Source of the DNA: a virus
Lineage: Duplodnaviria > Caudoviricetes
Virus record (IMG/VR): IMGVR_UViG_3300003375_000069
Location: 1-37,077 of that record
DNA length: 37,077 nucleotides
Reading direction: 5' to 3' (one strand)
Positions 1-8,865 of the stretch are shown here, piece by piece; the stretch's first letter is position 1, and the number at the start of each line of letters is the position of its first letter. Position numbers and translations under genes: made by a program. The notes beneath the pieces were generated by a model. The model was not told where the DNA came from and made no database searches. It was given only the letters and a program-made list of their open reading frames with translations.

Positions 1-28
1 CCCCGCCGCTGATCTGACGTCGCTGCAC

Positions 29-445
29 GTGATCGCGGCGAAGTTCGCGACGCTCGCCGCGTCGGAGGACGCCGCCGTCGCTGCGCTCCCCACGGCTACG
101 CCAGCAACACCGACGGAGCCGACGCCCGCACCAGCCGAGCCGGTACCTGCTCCGGTCGATGCCGCACCGCCGGCCACCACGCCAGCGCCCACCGAGCCGG
201 TCACCGCACCGACCGCCCCTGTCGCCGACCCGACGCCGGTCACGCCCACACCGGAACCAGTTGCACCGGCCGCACCGGCGCCGGTGCTGTACTCGCATGT
301 CGGCGCTGATCTGATCGACCCGGCGCTGTGGACACTGTCGTCGACGGTGGCAGCGGACGGCTCACCGTTGTACTCCTACACGGGTGACCCGGCGAACCTC
401 GTCGGATCGTCGGTGTGGATTCCGTACGTCGCACCGACGGCCTAA
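29..445 (+). CDS. Pro/Ala/Thr-rich hypothetical protein, probably 5'-truncated by the window edge
   Basis: ORF with a long PAPAEP/PTPV low-complexity linker and a small C-terminal globular segment; the frame is open upstream of 29; a terminator-like hairpin follows the stop. Confidence 0.6.
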   Translation: MIAAKFATLAASEDAAVAALPTATPATPTEPTPAPAEPVPAPVDAAPPATTPAPTEPVTAPTAPVADPTPVTPTPEPVAPAAPAPVLYSHVGADLIDPALWTLSSTVAADGSPLYSYTGDPANLVGSSVWIPYVAPTA

Positions 446-452
446 CACAGAC

Positions 453-493
453 CAAGCGGGCCCGGAGCTTCCTTCCGACTCCGGGCCCGCTTG
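453..493. terminator. Intrinsic terminator-like hairpin between convergent genes
   Basis: Perfect 15-bp inverted repeat caagcgggcccggag (453-467) / ctccgggcccgcttg (479-493) between the stops of 29..445 (+) and 496..693 (-). Confidence 0.75.
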
Positions 494-495
494 CT

Positions 496-693
496 TCATC
501 GGCGTCGGCCGCTGAGGTTGAATCGGAAGGTGAGCCCGGATCCGAGGCGGATCGTTGTCCGTCCGGTCCGTGAGTTCACGCTGATCGGTCCGGCGTGTTC
601 GGTGAGCGAGACGCCGCTTTTGCTGATGTTCATGCGTGTGTGGGTTGTGAGGTTCTTTCGTTTGCGGTAGTAGATGTCCATAAACGGAGACAA
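496..693 (-). CDS. Small basic DUF4236-like protein
   Basis: YYRKRKNL..TRMNISKSGVSLT..AGPISVNSRTGRTTIRLGSGLTFR resembles the DUF4236 pattern (RKSxxxxxxxRxNxSKSGxSxS...GxGxxYR). The start may be the second Met. Confidence 0.7.
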   Translation of the reverse strand: MSPFMDIYYRKRKNLTTHTRMNISKSGVSLTEHAGPISVNSRTGRTTIRLGSGLTFRFNLSGRRR

Positions 694-811
694 TACACCG
701 CCATGATGCTACGTCAAGGTGTCGGGGTCTCCCGGATTCCCGGGCGGAGACCAAACCGAAACCAGAACATTCACCTACAAGACCGGACATACTGCCGAAA
801 CGGAGGCCGCG

Positions 812-1069
812 GTGACTTGGTTCCAAGTGCTGTTCGCGTGGCCCACCGGTGGCGTGTGGTCGAACTTCGTAGACGACGTGATCGTCGGCCTCGGTATCAC
901 CTACCTCGGGCGCCGCGCATTCCAGCGGTTGCACGCGAAAGCTGATGCCCACCACGCGGCGCTGCTCGCGCAGGCCACCGCCCACCACCAGGCGATGCTC
1001 GCCCACTTCGGTGCTGTTGACCCACCACCGGACGATCCGACGCCGCCGTCACTTCATCTCGCCGCGTAA
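812..1069 (+). CDS. Small membrane protein with His-rich helical tail
   Basis: GTG at 812 is preceded by GGAGG (802-806) and is in frame with track ORF 719..1069; hydrophobic segment followed by HAKADAHHAALLAQATAHHQAMLAH. Confidence 0.55.
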   Translation: MTWFQVLFAWPTGGVWSNFVDDVIVGLGITYLGRRAFQRLHAKADAHHAALLAQATAHHQAMLAHFGAVDPPPDDPTPPSLHLAA

Positions 1070-1237
1070 CGATCCGGCGTAATCCCCTGATCTCTCGCTC
1101 CTCCGCCTCGGGGAGCCGTCGGCCCGGTGCGCCCGCTCGGTGCGTGTTGGGTGAGACATCCCTTGCGACTCCGCCAGCGTAGGCGCGGGACACGAGGCAC
1201 CTCCTGTCCGTCAGCGTTCTGATCGAGGTCCTGCATT

Positions 1238-1471
1238 GTGGCTACGTTCCCCGGCACCATCGAAATGACGTGCCCTTTGTGCGGCGATCAGATCACTGTC
1301 GGTGTCTCTGCTCGACCGAAACCGATCGACCACGGCAGCCGTGTCCTCGCGGTGAACGTCTCAATTGACCGCGGGGACCTCGACGCGCATAAGGCGACGT
1401 GCAGTCCACCGGAACTCGAAAGCCTCCGCCAGGAACGGCCCCGACGCCGCTACGAAAGGATCATGAAATGA
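1238..1471 (+). CDS. Small hypothetical protein, possibly Zn-binding
   Basis: CPLC near the N-terminus and HKATC downstream; the stop overlaps the next ATG (ATGA). Confidence 0.55.
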   Translation: MATFPGTIEMTCPLCGDQITVGVSARPKPIDHGSRVLAVNVSIDRGDLDAHKATCSPPELESLRQERPRRRYERIMK

Positions 1472-1698
1472 CCATCAAAGCCCGACTTTGCGTGTACAAG
1501 GTTGAGAAGACTGTCGGCGCGGAACGCGTTTTCCTCAGCCCTGTGTACTCCGAGGACCCGACGTCCCCGAATTACTCGTACTCGAAGTACACCCCGACGG
1601 GTGATGTGAATCTGTTCATCAGCAACGAGGCCGTCTTTGGGCAGTTCGTGCCCGGCGCGGTGTTCGACGTCGACTTCACTCCTTACGTCGCGGAGTGA
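1468..1698 (+). CDS. Conserved small phage hypothetical protein
   Basis: ATG at 1468 overlaps the upstream stop and has GAAAGGA upstream; MTIKARLCV...LSPVYS...YSKYTPTGDVNLFISN...FVPGAVFDVDFTP resembles a widespread small phage/bacterial family. Confidence 0.7.
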   Translation: MTIKARLCVYKVEKTVGAERVFLSPVYSEDPTSPNYSYSKYTPTGDVNLFISNEAVFGQFVPGAVFDVDFTPYVAE

Positions 1699-1895
1699 CC
1701 GGCGATCAGCACGACAGCGGGACTGAGTGGCTCGCCGCGATGGTGGCGCTCGGACCTTTAGCTCGTCGCCCGTTCACCCAGTTCGAGGCTGACGTACGGG
1801 CGCAGCAACGCCGCGCCGATGTGATCCGCTTCGAGTGGTACGTCCTCGCGAACGTGCAGCGTCCGGGTCCGCTCGTCGTCGTCACCGGCGTCTAA
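1695..1895 (+). CDS. Hypothetical protein
   Basis: GTGA overlap with the upstream gene; high-GC codon pattern. Confidence 0.45.
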   Translation: MTGDQHDSGTEWLAAMVALGPLARRPFTQFEADVRAQQRRADVIRFEWYVLANVQRPGPLVVVTGV

Positions 1896-2058
1896 TCGGC
1901 CCCGATAGCTCGGCGGGGCAACAGACGCAGCACAGACGCACTCATTCACGGGCGCCCACTTCGGGACCGCGGCGCCACCGTTCCCGGCTGCTTGCTCGAC
2001 TGACGTTGCCCCGCCGCATCACCCAGCATCACTCCCTCGTCTCGGAAGGACACCCCGC

Positions 2059-2670
2059 ATGAGAACCATCACCGTTGATTACCGGCAGGACGGCACCCCG
2101 AAACGGATGACGATCGTCGACACCGACGACGTGATGTTGACTCTCGCCCCGGACACGGCAGCTTACGACGAGGCTATCGGTGATTTGTTCACCGCAGGCC
2201 TCGACGAAACAACCGTCGGCACGGGCGCAGGGGAACCAGAAGGTCTCCTAAAGCCGGAACCAACGGTGGCGAACCCCGACCGCGTCGCTGAGCTTCGGGA
2301 AGCATGGGCGGACGCAACCAGCCGCACCCAATCGAGGCCTCTTGTCGTCTCAACGTCGATGATGACGGAATGCCCCCTTGACCCAGTGCAGGTAGCGAAT
2401 GCGCAGATCAACCGCGCGTCCGCCGAGACCCAACCGATCACAGTCGAGGTCCCGCCAGAGTTCACCGCGGCCTGCTCCTGCCCTCCGGTGCTGAGCGGAT
2501 ACTTTTCGACCGAATGCCGGGTGCATGGCGACTTCATTCACCGGGCAAGCCCAACACCCAGCGAAGGCGTCGAGTTGACGCTCTCGCTACCAGGCCCAGT
2601 GGCGGACTCCCTCATGTCGTTCGCAGCAGACTTCACCCGCGACGAGGAAACCGACCCGCCCCAGGGATGA
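2059..2670 (+). CDS. Hypothetical protein
   Basis: GGAAGGA Shine-Dalgarno upstream of the ATG; acidic 203-aa ORF with CSC and CRVH motifs. Confidence 0.6.
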   Translation: MRTITVDYRQDGTPKRMTIVDTDDVMLTLAPDTAAYDEAIGDLFTAGLDETTVGTGAGEPEGLLKPEPTVANPDRVAELREAWADATSRTQSRPLVVSTSMMTECPLDPVQVANAQINRASAETQPITVEVPPEFTAACSCPPVLSGYFSTECRVHGDFIHRASPTPSEGVELTLSLPGPVADSLMSFAADFTRDEETDPPQG

Positions 2671-2733
2671 CTGTCATCGCATTCGACGCCGTAGACCACC
2701 CATAACCCCTCACCCGCGAAGGAGAGAACGCTC

Positions 2734-3234
2734 ATGGCGACTAGAACACGCACGCCACGGGGCGGACAGTTCGAGCGGGACACAGCGTCGGCGCGTACTG
2801 ACGCGGAAGCTGCGGAGCTTCGGGCGATGGGGAAGTCGTATCGGCAGATTGCGGCGGCGATGAATTGTTCGGTGTCGAACGCTTATTTGCGTGTGAGTCG
2901 GGCGATCGCGGCTGTGCCGGTGGAGGCTGTGACGGAGTTACGTGCGACTGAGTGCGCTCGGATTGATGCGGTGATCGCGAGGTTGTGGCAGATCGCTGAT
3001 GCGGATCACCCACTTATTTCGCACGGTAAGCAATTTCATGATGTCAGCGACACGGGTCCGGTGATTGCGGCGCTGAATGGGATTCTGAAGGCGGGGGCCG
3101 AGAAGCGGAAGCTCCTCGGTTTGGACGCTCCGACGCGGTCGACGGTCACTGTCGTCACTCAGGACGCCGTCGACGCCGAGCTCGCAGCGCTTGAGCGGGA
3201 ACTCGCAGGCAATGACCCGGTCTCTCGCACCTGA
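2734..3234 (+). CDS. terS: Terminase small subunit (HTH)
   Basis: AAGGAG SD; HTH AAELRAMGKSYRQIAAAMNCSVSNAY; C-terminal KRKLLGLDAP typical of TerS; lies immediately upstream of TerL. Confidence 0.8.
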   Translation: MATRTRTPRGGQFERDTASARTDAEAAELRAMGKSYRQIAAAMNCSVSNAYLRVSRAIAAVPVEAVTELRATECARIDAVIARLWQIADADHPLISHGKQFHDVSDTGPVIAALNGILKAGAEKRKLLGLDAPTRSTVTVVTQDAVDAELAALERELAGNDPVSRT

Positions 3235-4963
3235 TGTCATTTTCGAGGCGTCACCGGAGTCGCTGCAACGTCTAACGGATCTTCGTCGGCTGAAGGCGAT
3301 ACGGGACGCGGAGCAGGCCGCCGCGCGGCGACGTGTGTTCGCTACTCCCGGTGAGCTTGCTCGGGCGATTGATCCGTCGATGGTGCAGACGCCGGCGCTT
3401 GACCTGATCGACCAGGCCCTCGTTGATGTTGAGGAAGGCCGTAACAGGCTCCTGATCGTGTCGATGCCACCGCAGGAAGGTAAGTCGCAGCGCGTCACTC
3501 GGTTCATGCCGGAGTGGTTGTTGACCCGCAATCAGGACCGGCGGATCGCGATCGTTTCTTACGGTGATGACATCGCCGGTGATATGTCGTACATGATCCG
3601 GTCGGACATCACCACATTCGATGGGTCGAACACGACGGACCTCACGCCCGGCGAGGCGCCTTTGGATCTCGGTTTGCGGTTGAGGCACAACTCCCGTGCT
3701 GTCGGCCGCTGGTACCTCGAAGCGCCAGCGAAAGGTGGTGTCTACGCGGTAGGCATCGGCGGGTCACTGACGTCAAAGCCCGTCGACTTCATGATCATCG
3801 ACGACCCGGTGAAGGACTACCGGGCCGCTGACAGTGAGGTCCTGTCAGAGGCCGCGTGGAACTGGTGGATGGCTGTCGCTCGGCCCCGGTTGGCGCCCGG
3901 AGCGCCTGTCGTCATCGTCCAGACACGCTGGCATGAGAACGACCTCGCGGGGCGGCTCATCGCGAAGCAGAAGCAGGACGAGGCCGCAGGCGAAACCGAG
4001 TACGACCGGTGGACGGTCCTGAACATCCCCGCTCAAGCCGAATATGATCCAGCGAAAGGCGAAACGGACCCGCTGGGTCGTAAGCCCGGTGAGTTCATGA
4101 TCAGCGCCCGCGGCCGCACCGTGGCGCAGTGGCAAGCGACGAAAGTCGCGACGGCACCGCGTATTTGGTCGGCGATGTATCAGGGCCGCCCAACACCGGA
4201 CACCGGCAAGGTGTGGCAACGCGCATGGTGGCGGACGTACGAAACACTGTTGTGGTCCGTTGATAGCAGCGGCGCGTATCGGGTCGACGCCGACGAAGTG
4301 ATGATGTCGTGGGACTTCACGTTTAAGGACGAGAAGTCCTCGGACTTCGTTGTCGGGCAAGTGTGGGCTCGCCGTGGCGCTGAGGTGTTCCTCCTCGACC
4401 AGATCCGGCGTCGCCTCGACTTCGGTGACTCGATCACGGCGATGCTCGCGATGATCAAGAAATGGCCGCAAGCGACCCTGAAGATCGTCGAGGACAAAGC
4501 GAACGGCCCCGCCGTGATTTCCACGCTGCGTAAGAAAGTTCCGGGGATCGTCCCGAAAAACCCGCAGGGCTCGAAGTACGCGCGGGCCGTCGCTGTATCA
4601 CCGTTTGTGAGAGCGGGAAACGTGAAGCTCCCCTCGAAAGACGTCGCGTTGTTCGACGTCGATGAGTTCCTGGAGGAGTCCGCAGCGTTCCCGCTCGGCA
4701 CTCACGACGACCAAGTCGACGCGACATCCCAAGCCCTTGAGCATCTGTTGCTCGATGGTGCGGGTGCGGACGCCTGGACGACGTACCTCCGCGAGAAGTT
4801 AGCGGAGCATGCCCAGGCCGCGGCTGCGCCTGATGTTCCTCAGGTCGGCGAGATCCCGATCACCGCCGCGGAGCCGACCGCAGATGAGGACGCCCCGGAT
4901 TTCGTGGGGATGACGCCGTTGCAAGCAGCACGGCACCGACAACACCGACTGAACAACCGATAG
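3212..4963 (+). CDS. terL: Terminase large subunit
   Basis: Walker A variant VSMPPQEGKS, Walker B MIIDDPVKD, QTRWHENDLAG, YQGRP; nuclease motifs SWDFTFK, IVEDKANG, FPLGTHDDQVDATSQAL. Start is ATG 3212 or TTG 3191. Confidence 0.97.
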   Translation: MTRSLAPDVIFEASPESLQRLTDLRRLKAIRDAEQAAARRRVFATPGELARAIDPSMVQTPALDLIDQALVDVEEGRNRLLIVSMPPQEGKSQRVTRFMPEWLLTRNQDRRIAIVSYGDDIAGDMSYMIRSDITTFDGSNTTDLTPGEAPLDLGLRLRHNSRAVGRWYLEAPAKGGVYAVGIGGSLTSKPVDFMIIDDPVKDYRAADSEVLSEAAWNWWMAVARPRLAPGAPVVIVQTRWHENDLAGRLIAKQKQDEAAGETEYDRWTVLNIPAQAEYDPAKGETDPLGRKPGEFMISARGRTVAQWQATKVATAPRIWSAMYQGRPTPDTGKVWQRAWWRTYETLLWSVDSSGAYRVDADEVMMSWDFTFKDEKSSDFVVGQVWARRGAEVFLLDQIRRRLDFGDSITAMLAMIKKWPQATLKIVEDKANGPAVISTLRKKVPGIVPKNPQGSKYARAVAVSPFVRAGNVKLPSKDVALFDVDEFLEESAAFPLGTHDDQVDATSQALEHLLLDGAGADAWTTYLREKLAEHAQAAAAPDVPQVGEIPITAAEPTADEDAPDFVGMTPLQAARHRQHRLNNR

Positions 4964-4984
4964 CACAACGAAGGGCGGGGCCCG

Positions 4985-7381
4985 GTGGCGAAAAAAAGCA
5001 AAGGCACACGGCCGAAGCTGAACACCCCGGGCCCCGCCACCACGGAACTCGTCAAAGCTGGGATGCCACTAGACCGCGTCCAAGCGCAAGCTAACGCAGG
5101 GATGAACTCCGCTCGACCGTTCGGCCCCGGAGCACCACTACAGCCCCGCGACGGATACTCCACAACACCCCGCTCATATGATTTCCGCACCGGGATTAAC
5201 ATCGGTGCTCGGCCCCGCAGCAACGAGCAGACGCAGCGGATCAGCTTCGATGTGCAACGCCAACTAATCGAGTCCTACGATGTTGCGACTATCTGCATTT
5301 GGCATCGCATCGACTCGATCCGGTCCCGGAAATGGAACCTCGTCCCGACAGCTGGTTTCGACGGTGACGCGGACCCACTGATCGCACTGGGCCGACGGAT
5401 CTTGAAGCGCCCGGACCGAAAAACCCGTTTCAAGCCGTGGATCGCTAAGTACCTCTACGACGTGCTGGCGTTCGACGCCGGCGCTCTGTACCGGATGAGG
5501 AACAACGCTAAGCAGGTGATCGGCCTGAAAGTTGTCGACGGGACAACGATCGCGCCGATGCTCGACGCGTGGGGCGACACCCCTGACGCCCCTGCTACCG
5601 CTTACCAGCAGTTCGCGCAGGGTGTCCCGTGGGATGACCTGACCACCGACGACCTGATTTATGAGCCGTACCGGCCGACGTCTAACACCCCGTACGGTCA
5701 CGGCCCGATCGAGTCGGTGATCATGGCGGTGAGCACGGACATCCGCTTCCAGGCGTATTTCATGAGCCGTTTCACTGACGGTAACGTCCCGGAAGGTTTC
5801 GCGGGCGCCCCCGAAGGATGGTCGCCGGAACAGATCAAAGAATTCCAGGAAGCGTGGGACGCGATCCTCTACGGCGACGTGGCGGCGAAATCCCAGATGC
5901 GGTGGGTGCCGCACGGCACGACTCTCGCGTGGACTAACGAGAAGGATTTCACCGACGAATTCTCGATGTTTTTGCTGCGTAAGACGTGCGCGGCGTTTCA
6001 TGTGACCCCGACAGATATGGGGTTCACGGAGACGACGAACAACGCGACCGCTGATACACAGATGGACATCCAGGAGCGCATCGGCGATGGGCCGTTGTTG
6101 GACCATGTCGCGGAGATCCTGACGGACTTCCTTCAGGAGGACATTGGTTTGCCGCTCGATTTCGAGTGGGAGTCCGGCGACGAGGAACAAGACGCGTTGT
6201 CGACGATGCAGGCCGACGAGATCGCTGTGAACATCGGTGCTTTGTCGGTGTCGGAAGTCCGGGAACGCCGGTACGGGCTCACTGAGCCTGACGGTCTGCC
6301 AGTAGCTCGGTACATCATGTCGGCGAAATCCGGACCGATCCCGCTGTCCGCGCTCGCCGCTGTCGCTGGGCCGATCGATACTGGCACGGCGGCGCCGTTG
6401 CCAGGCGCACCGCTGCCCCATAAGCCGTTCTCTCCGGTCGAGGGTGTGGCGCCAGCTAAACCACCGTCGGTTCCGGCGTTGGCGGTGCAGCGGTACCCAG
6501 CGGACAACCCGCAGGCCGCTGACACCGCAGTGAACGCGGACATCGCGGCGGCGACACCCGTCCCTGTCGGTGCTCCTGTCGTCAAGTCAGACGGCGCTAC
6601 GGCGGGGATCACGTCGGCGACAGGCGTCGTCGGGTATGACCTCGACGGTCAGGACGACGACGATGTGCCGGTCGTGCATTCGTTGCCTGAGGACCCGATC
6701 AGGAAGGCCGTGGCGGCGGAGATGGCGGCGTTCCGTCGTTTCACGAAAGCGCGCCGCAACCCGGCCAGCTTCCGTGACTTCGAGTTCACGACCGTCGACC
6801 CGCGGTCCGCGCATCGGCTGAATGTTGGTGCTCGGGCCCGGATCCGTAAGTCCGCTGGGCTGGTGGTGGCGGCTGGGTTGTGTGTGCGTGCCGCTGACAC
6901 TGGCCGTGTCCTCATGTTGCAGCGCAGCATGGACCCGGATGATCCGGCTGCCGGGTACTGGGAGTTCCCCGGTGGGTGCCTCGAAGATGGGGAGCAGCCT
7001 CTCGACGCGGCGTGGCGTGAATGGCAGGAAGAAACAGGCTGCCTTTTGCCTGCCGGGACGTTCACCGGCGAAGCGCTTCCCGGGTGGACGTCAACGGACG
7101 GCGTTTATCAGGGGTATGTCCTGAACGTCGACACCGAAGCGACGATCCCGACCGGCACCCGCGGTCAGGTGAACAACCCCGACGACCCCGACGGTGACAC
7201 CGTTGAGGCACTCGGGTGGTTCTGGCCGCAGCACCTCGCCGGTAACCCAGCGATCCGACCGGAACTCGCCGAAGACATCCCGACGGTCCTCGCGGCCCTG
7301 AACCCGTCGACGGCCGAGATTGACGTCATGAAGGCGGCGACGCCCGACCCAAAAGGACATGGCGCGACGGAGCGAAGCTAG
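4985..7381 (+). CDS. Portal protein fused to a C-terminal Nudix hydrolase domain
   Basis: Portal features (VVDGTTIAP, YGHGPIESV, FTDGNVPEG, CAAFHVTPTDMG, SEVRERRYGL) directly after TerL; intact Nudix box GGCLEDGEQPLDAAWREWQEETGC near 6971-7042. Confidence 0.92.
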   Translation: MAKKSKGTRPKLNTPGPATTELVKAGMPLDRVQAQANAGMNSARPFGPGAPLQPRDGYSTTPRSYDFRTGINIGARPRSNEQTQRISFDVQRQLIESYDVATICIWHRIDSIRSRKWNLVPTAGFDGDADPLIALGRRILKRPDRKTRFKPWIAKYLYDVLAFDAGALYRMRNNAKQVIGLKVVDGTTIAPMLDAWGDTPDAPATAYQQFAQGVPWDDLTTDDLIYEPYRPTSNTPYGHGPIESVIMAVSTDIRFQAYFMSRFTDGNVPEGFAGAPEGWSPEQIKEFQEAWDAILYGDVAAKSQMRWVPHGTTLAWTNEKDFTDEFSMFLLRKTCAAFHVTPTDMGFTETTNNATADTQMDIQERIGDGPLLDHVAEILTDFLQEDIGLPLDFEWESGDEEQDALSTMQADEIAVNIGALSVSEVRERRYGLTEPDGLPVARYIMSAKSGPIPLSALAAVAGPIDTGTAAPLPGAPLPHKPFSPVEGVAPAKPPSVPALAVQRYPADNPQAADTAVNADIAAATPVPVGAPVVKSDGATAGITSATGVVGYDLDGQDDDDVPVVHSLPEDPIRKAVAAEMAAFRRFTKARRNPASFRDFEFTTVDPRSAHRLNVGARARIRKSAGLVVAAGLCVRAADTGRVLMLQRSMDPDDPAAGYWEFPGGCLEDGEQPLDAAWREWQEETGCLLPAGTFTGEALPGWTSTDGVYQGYVLNVDTEATIPTGTRGQVNNPDDPDGDTVEALGWFWPQHLAGNPAIRPELAEDIPTVLAALNPSTAEIDVMKAATPDPKGHGATERS

Positions 7382-7409
7382 TCCCTCAACACGACTACGA
7401 CGTCGCGCT
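7348..7409 (+). other. Predicted -1 programmed ribosomal frameshift signal (portal to MuF)
   Basis: In-frame X XXY YYZ heptamer C CCA AAA (7348-7354), a 6-nt spacer, then stem ggcgcgacg (7361-7369) / cgtcgcgct (7401-7409) with inner stem tagtc/gacta. The -1 frame is open into ORF 7468..8865. Confidence 0.75.
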
Positions 7410-7467
7410 GACCGACCACTACGCCCCGCTGATCACCGACGGGCTCCGTCGACTGTTCCCCGCGTCG

Positions 7468-8865
7468 ATGCTCCTCGCGGCGATCACCACCGCGGCTCAC
7501 TCAGTGATGAAGTCCGCCCCGGCCGGTGACGACCCGATCCGCGCAGCAGCTAAGGCGGCGCTCACAGCAGGCGGTGACCCCGCCGACCTGGAGAGCACCT
7601 TACGGACGTTGATCGCTGACGGCTACCAAGCCGGATCACACGCAGCGGGGCAGCAATTAGGCCTCGATGCGGATGACGGCATCGACTGGGCGACGTGGGC
7701 ACCGGGTGATCCGGCGGCCGCGGCGCTCACGTCGGGCGGTGGTCTGCGGGAACTTCTCGCTGATACCTCGGCGACGATCAGCGGAATCCATGGGTCAGTG
7801 CTTGACCAGTTGGGTAATGCGATCGGTGATGGTCTGACGTCTGGTGCATCCATCGACACGATCGCCGGGTCACTGTCGGACATCGTCGGGTCCGGGTCAC
7901 GTGCTCAGATGATCGCGCACACCGAAACAGCACGCGCGATGACCGTCGCGTCACTGGACACCTACACGCAGAACGGCGTCACCTTATGGGATGTCATCTT
8001 GTCCGACGGTGCGTGCGATGAGTGCGTCGACGCGCAGGAAGCCGGACCGTACGGTGTCGCTGACACCGATATTGTGCCGGTGCATCCGTACTGCCGGTGC
8101 TCTAGCGGGCCCCGTGCGGATTCGGTTGCTTCCGCTGATTTCCCCTCGGTCGCCGACGACCTCACACCCGATGATGAGTCGGGGCTCGCGGCTACGGCCG
8201 GTGACGTCGCGGATGCTGTCACTTCGGCGGACACCACGGCAGCGGTGGATCTCACGGCCCTGTCAGATGATGACCTCGCCGCCGAGCTCGCCTCAGATGA
8301 CGCGACGCACATCGACAACGTCCTCGCGGAACTGGATCGGCGTGATCAAGCAGAAAGTGATGCCGCAGCAGCGCAAGCGAAACAGGCAGCACGCAACGCG
8401 GCGGCGAGAGCAAAACGAGCCGCGCAGAACGAGGCGGACGCAGCAGACAAGGCCGCCCGCATGGACGCCGCGTTAGCGGCTGGGATGGATGAGGCTGACG
8501 CGGTCGCCGAAATCTACGGCATCAGCCACGAGCAGCAAGCAACGGAAACGGCGATCGCGAACCTCCGCGGCGCCGGATACAAGGGCCGGGGACTGACGGA
8601 GCTCATCCAGGCTGCGTTCCAAGACAACGCGACACAGGCCTATTTGAAAGCCGAAGATGAGACCAACGGCTTTATGGTCAATGCTGCGGGTAAAAAGGCC
8701 GGTATAGATCCGCGGTCGCTGTTCGTGGGCCCGGAGTCGCGGGCACGGAAGTACGCGTCCGATGAGCTCTTGCAGTTCTGGCAGGACTACGGGCGACCGA
8801 CGGTGCAGGACTTCCGTGCGAGTGTCCTTGGAGGTAAGAAATCAGTGCAGGCGGATTGGGCATGA
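7468..8865 (+). CDS. MuF-like minor head protein with C-terminal extension; probably expressed by -1 frameshift from the portal (frame open from 7324)
   Basis: MuF-type motifs RAQMIAHTETARA, ACDEC, PVHPYCRC; located between portal and protease; no recognisable SD before ATG 7468. Confidence 0.85.
   Translation: MLLAAITTAAHSVMKSAPAGDDPIRAAAKAALTAGGDPADLESTLRTLIADGYQAGSHAAGQQLGLDADDGIDWATWAPGDPAAAALTSGGGLRELLADTSATISGIHGSVLDQLGNAIGDGLTSGASIDTIAGSLSDIVGSGSRAQMIAHTETARAMTVASLDTYTQNGVTLWDVILSDGACDECVDAQEAGPYGVADTDIVPVHPYCRCSSGPRADSVASADFPSVADDLTPDDESGLAATAGDVADAVTSADTTAAVDLTALSDDDLAAELASDDATHIDNVLAELDRRDQAESDAAAAQAKQAARNAAARAKRAAQNEADAADKAARMDAALAAGMDEADAVAEIYGISHEQQATETAIANLRGAGYKGRGLTELIQAAFQDNATQAYLKAEDETNGFMVNAAGKKAGIDPRSLFVGPESRARKYASDELLQFWQDYGRPTVQDFRASVLGGKKSVQADWA

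Noticed and set aside
3212-4963. Intein or intron in the terminase
   Set aside because: Length and motif spacing are normal; no splice-junction or homing endonuclease motifs.
5264-6421. Long antisense ORFs (also 10145..10987, 16736..17740, 18725..19456, 33365..34192 and similar)
   Set aside because: Shadow or alternate-frame ORFs expected in high-GC coding DNA; they overlap well-supported genes and have no recognisable motifs.
7348-7468. Portal-MuF break as a pseudogene or sequencing error
   Set aside because: The break coincides with an in-frame canonical heptamer and a correctly spaced hairpin in an essential gene. Disfavoured, but not excluded without reads.
7359-7530. Short ORF starting at ATG 7359 after AAAAGGAC
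   Set aside because: SD spacing is too short, the product is Arg-rich off-frame sequence, and it is not in the MuF frame.
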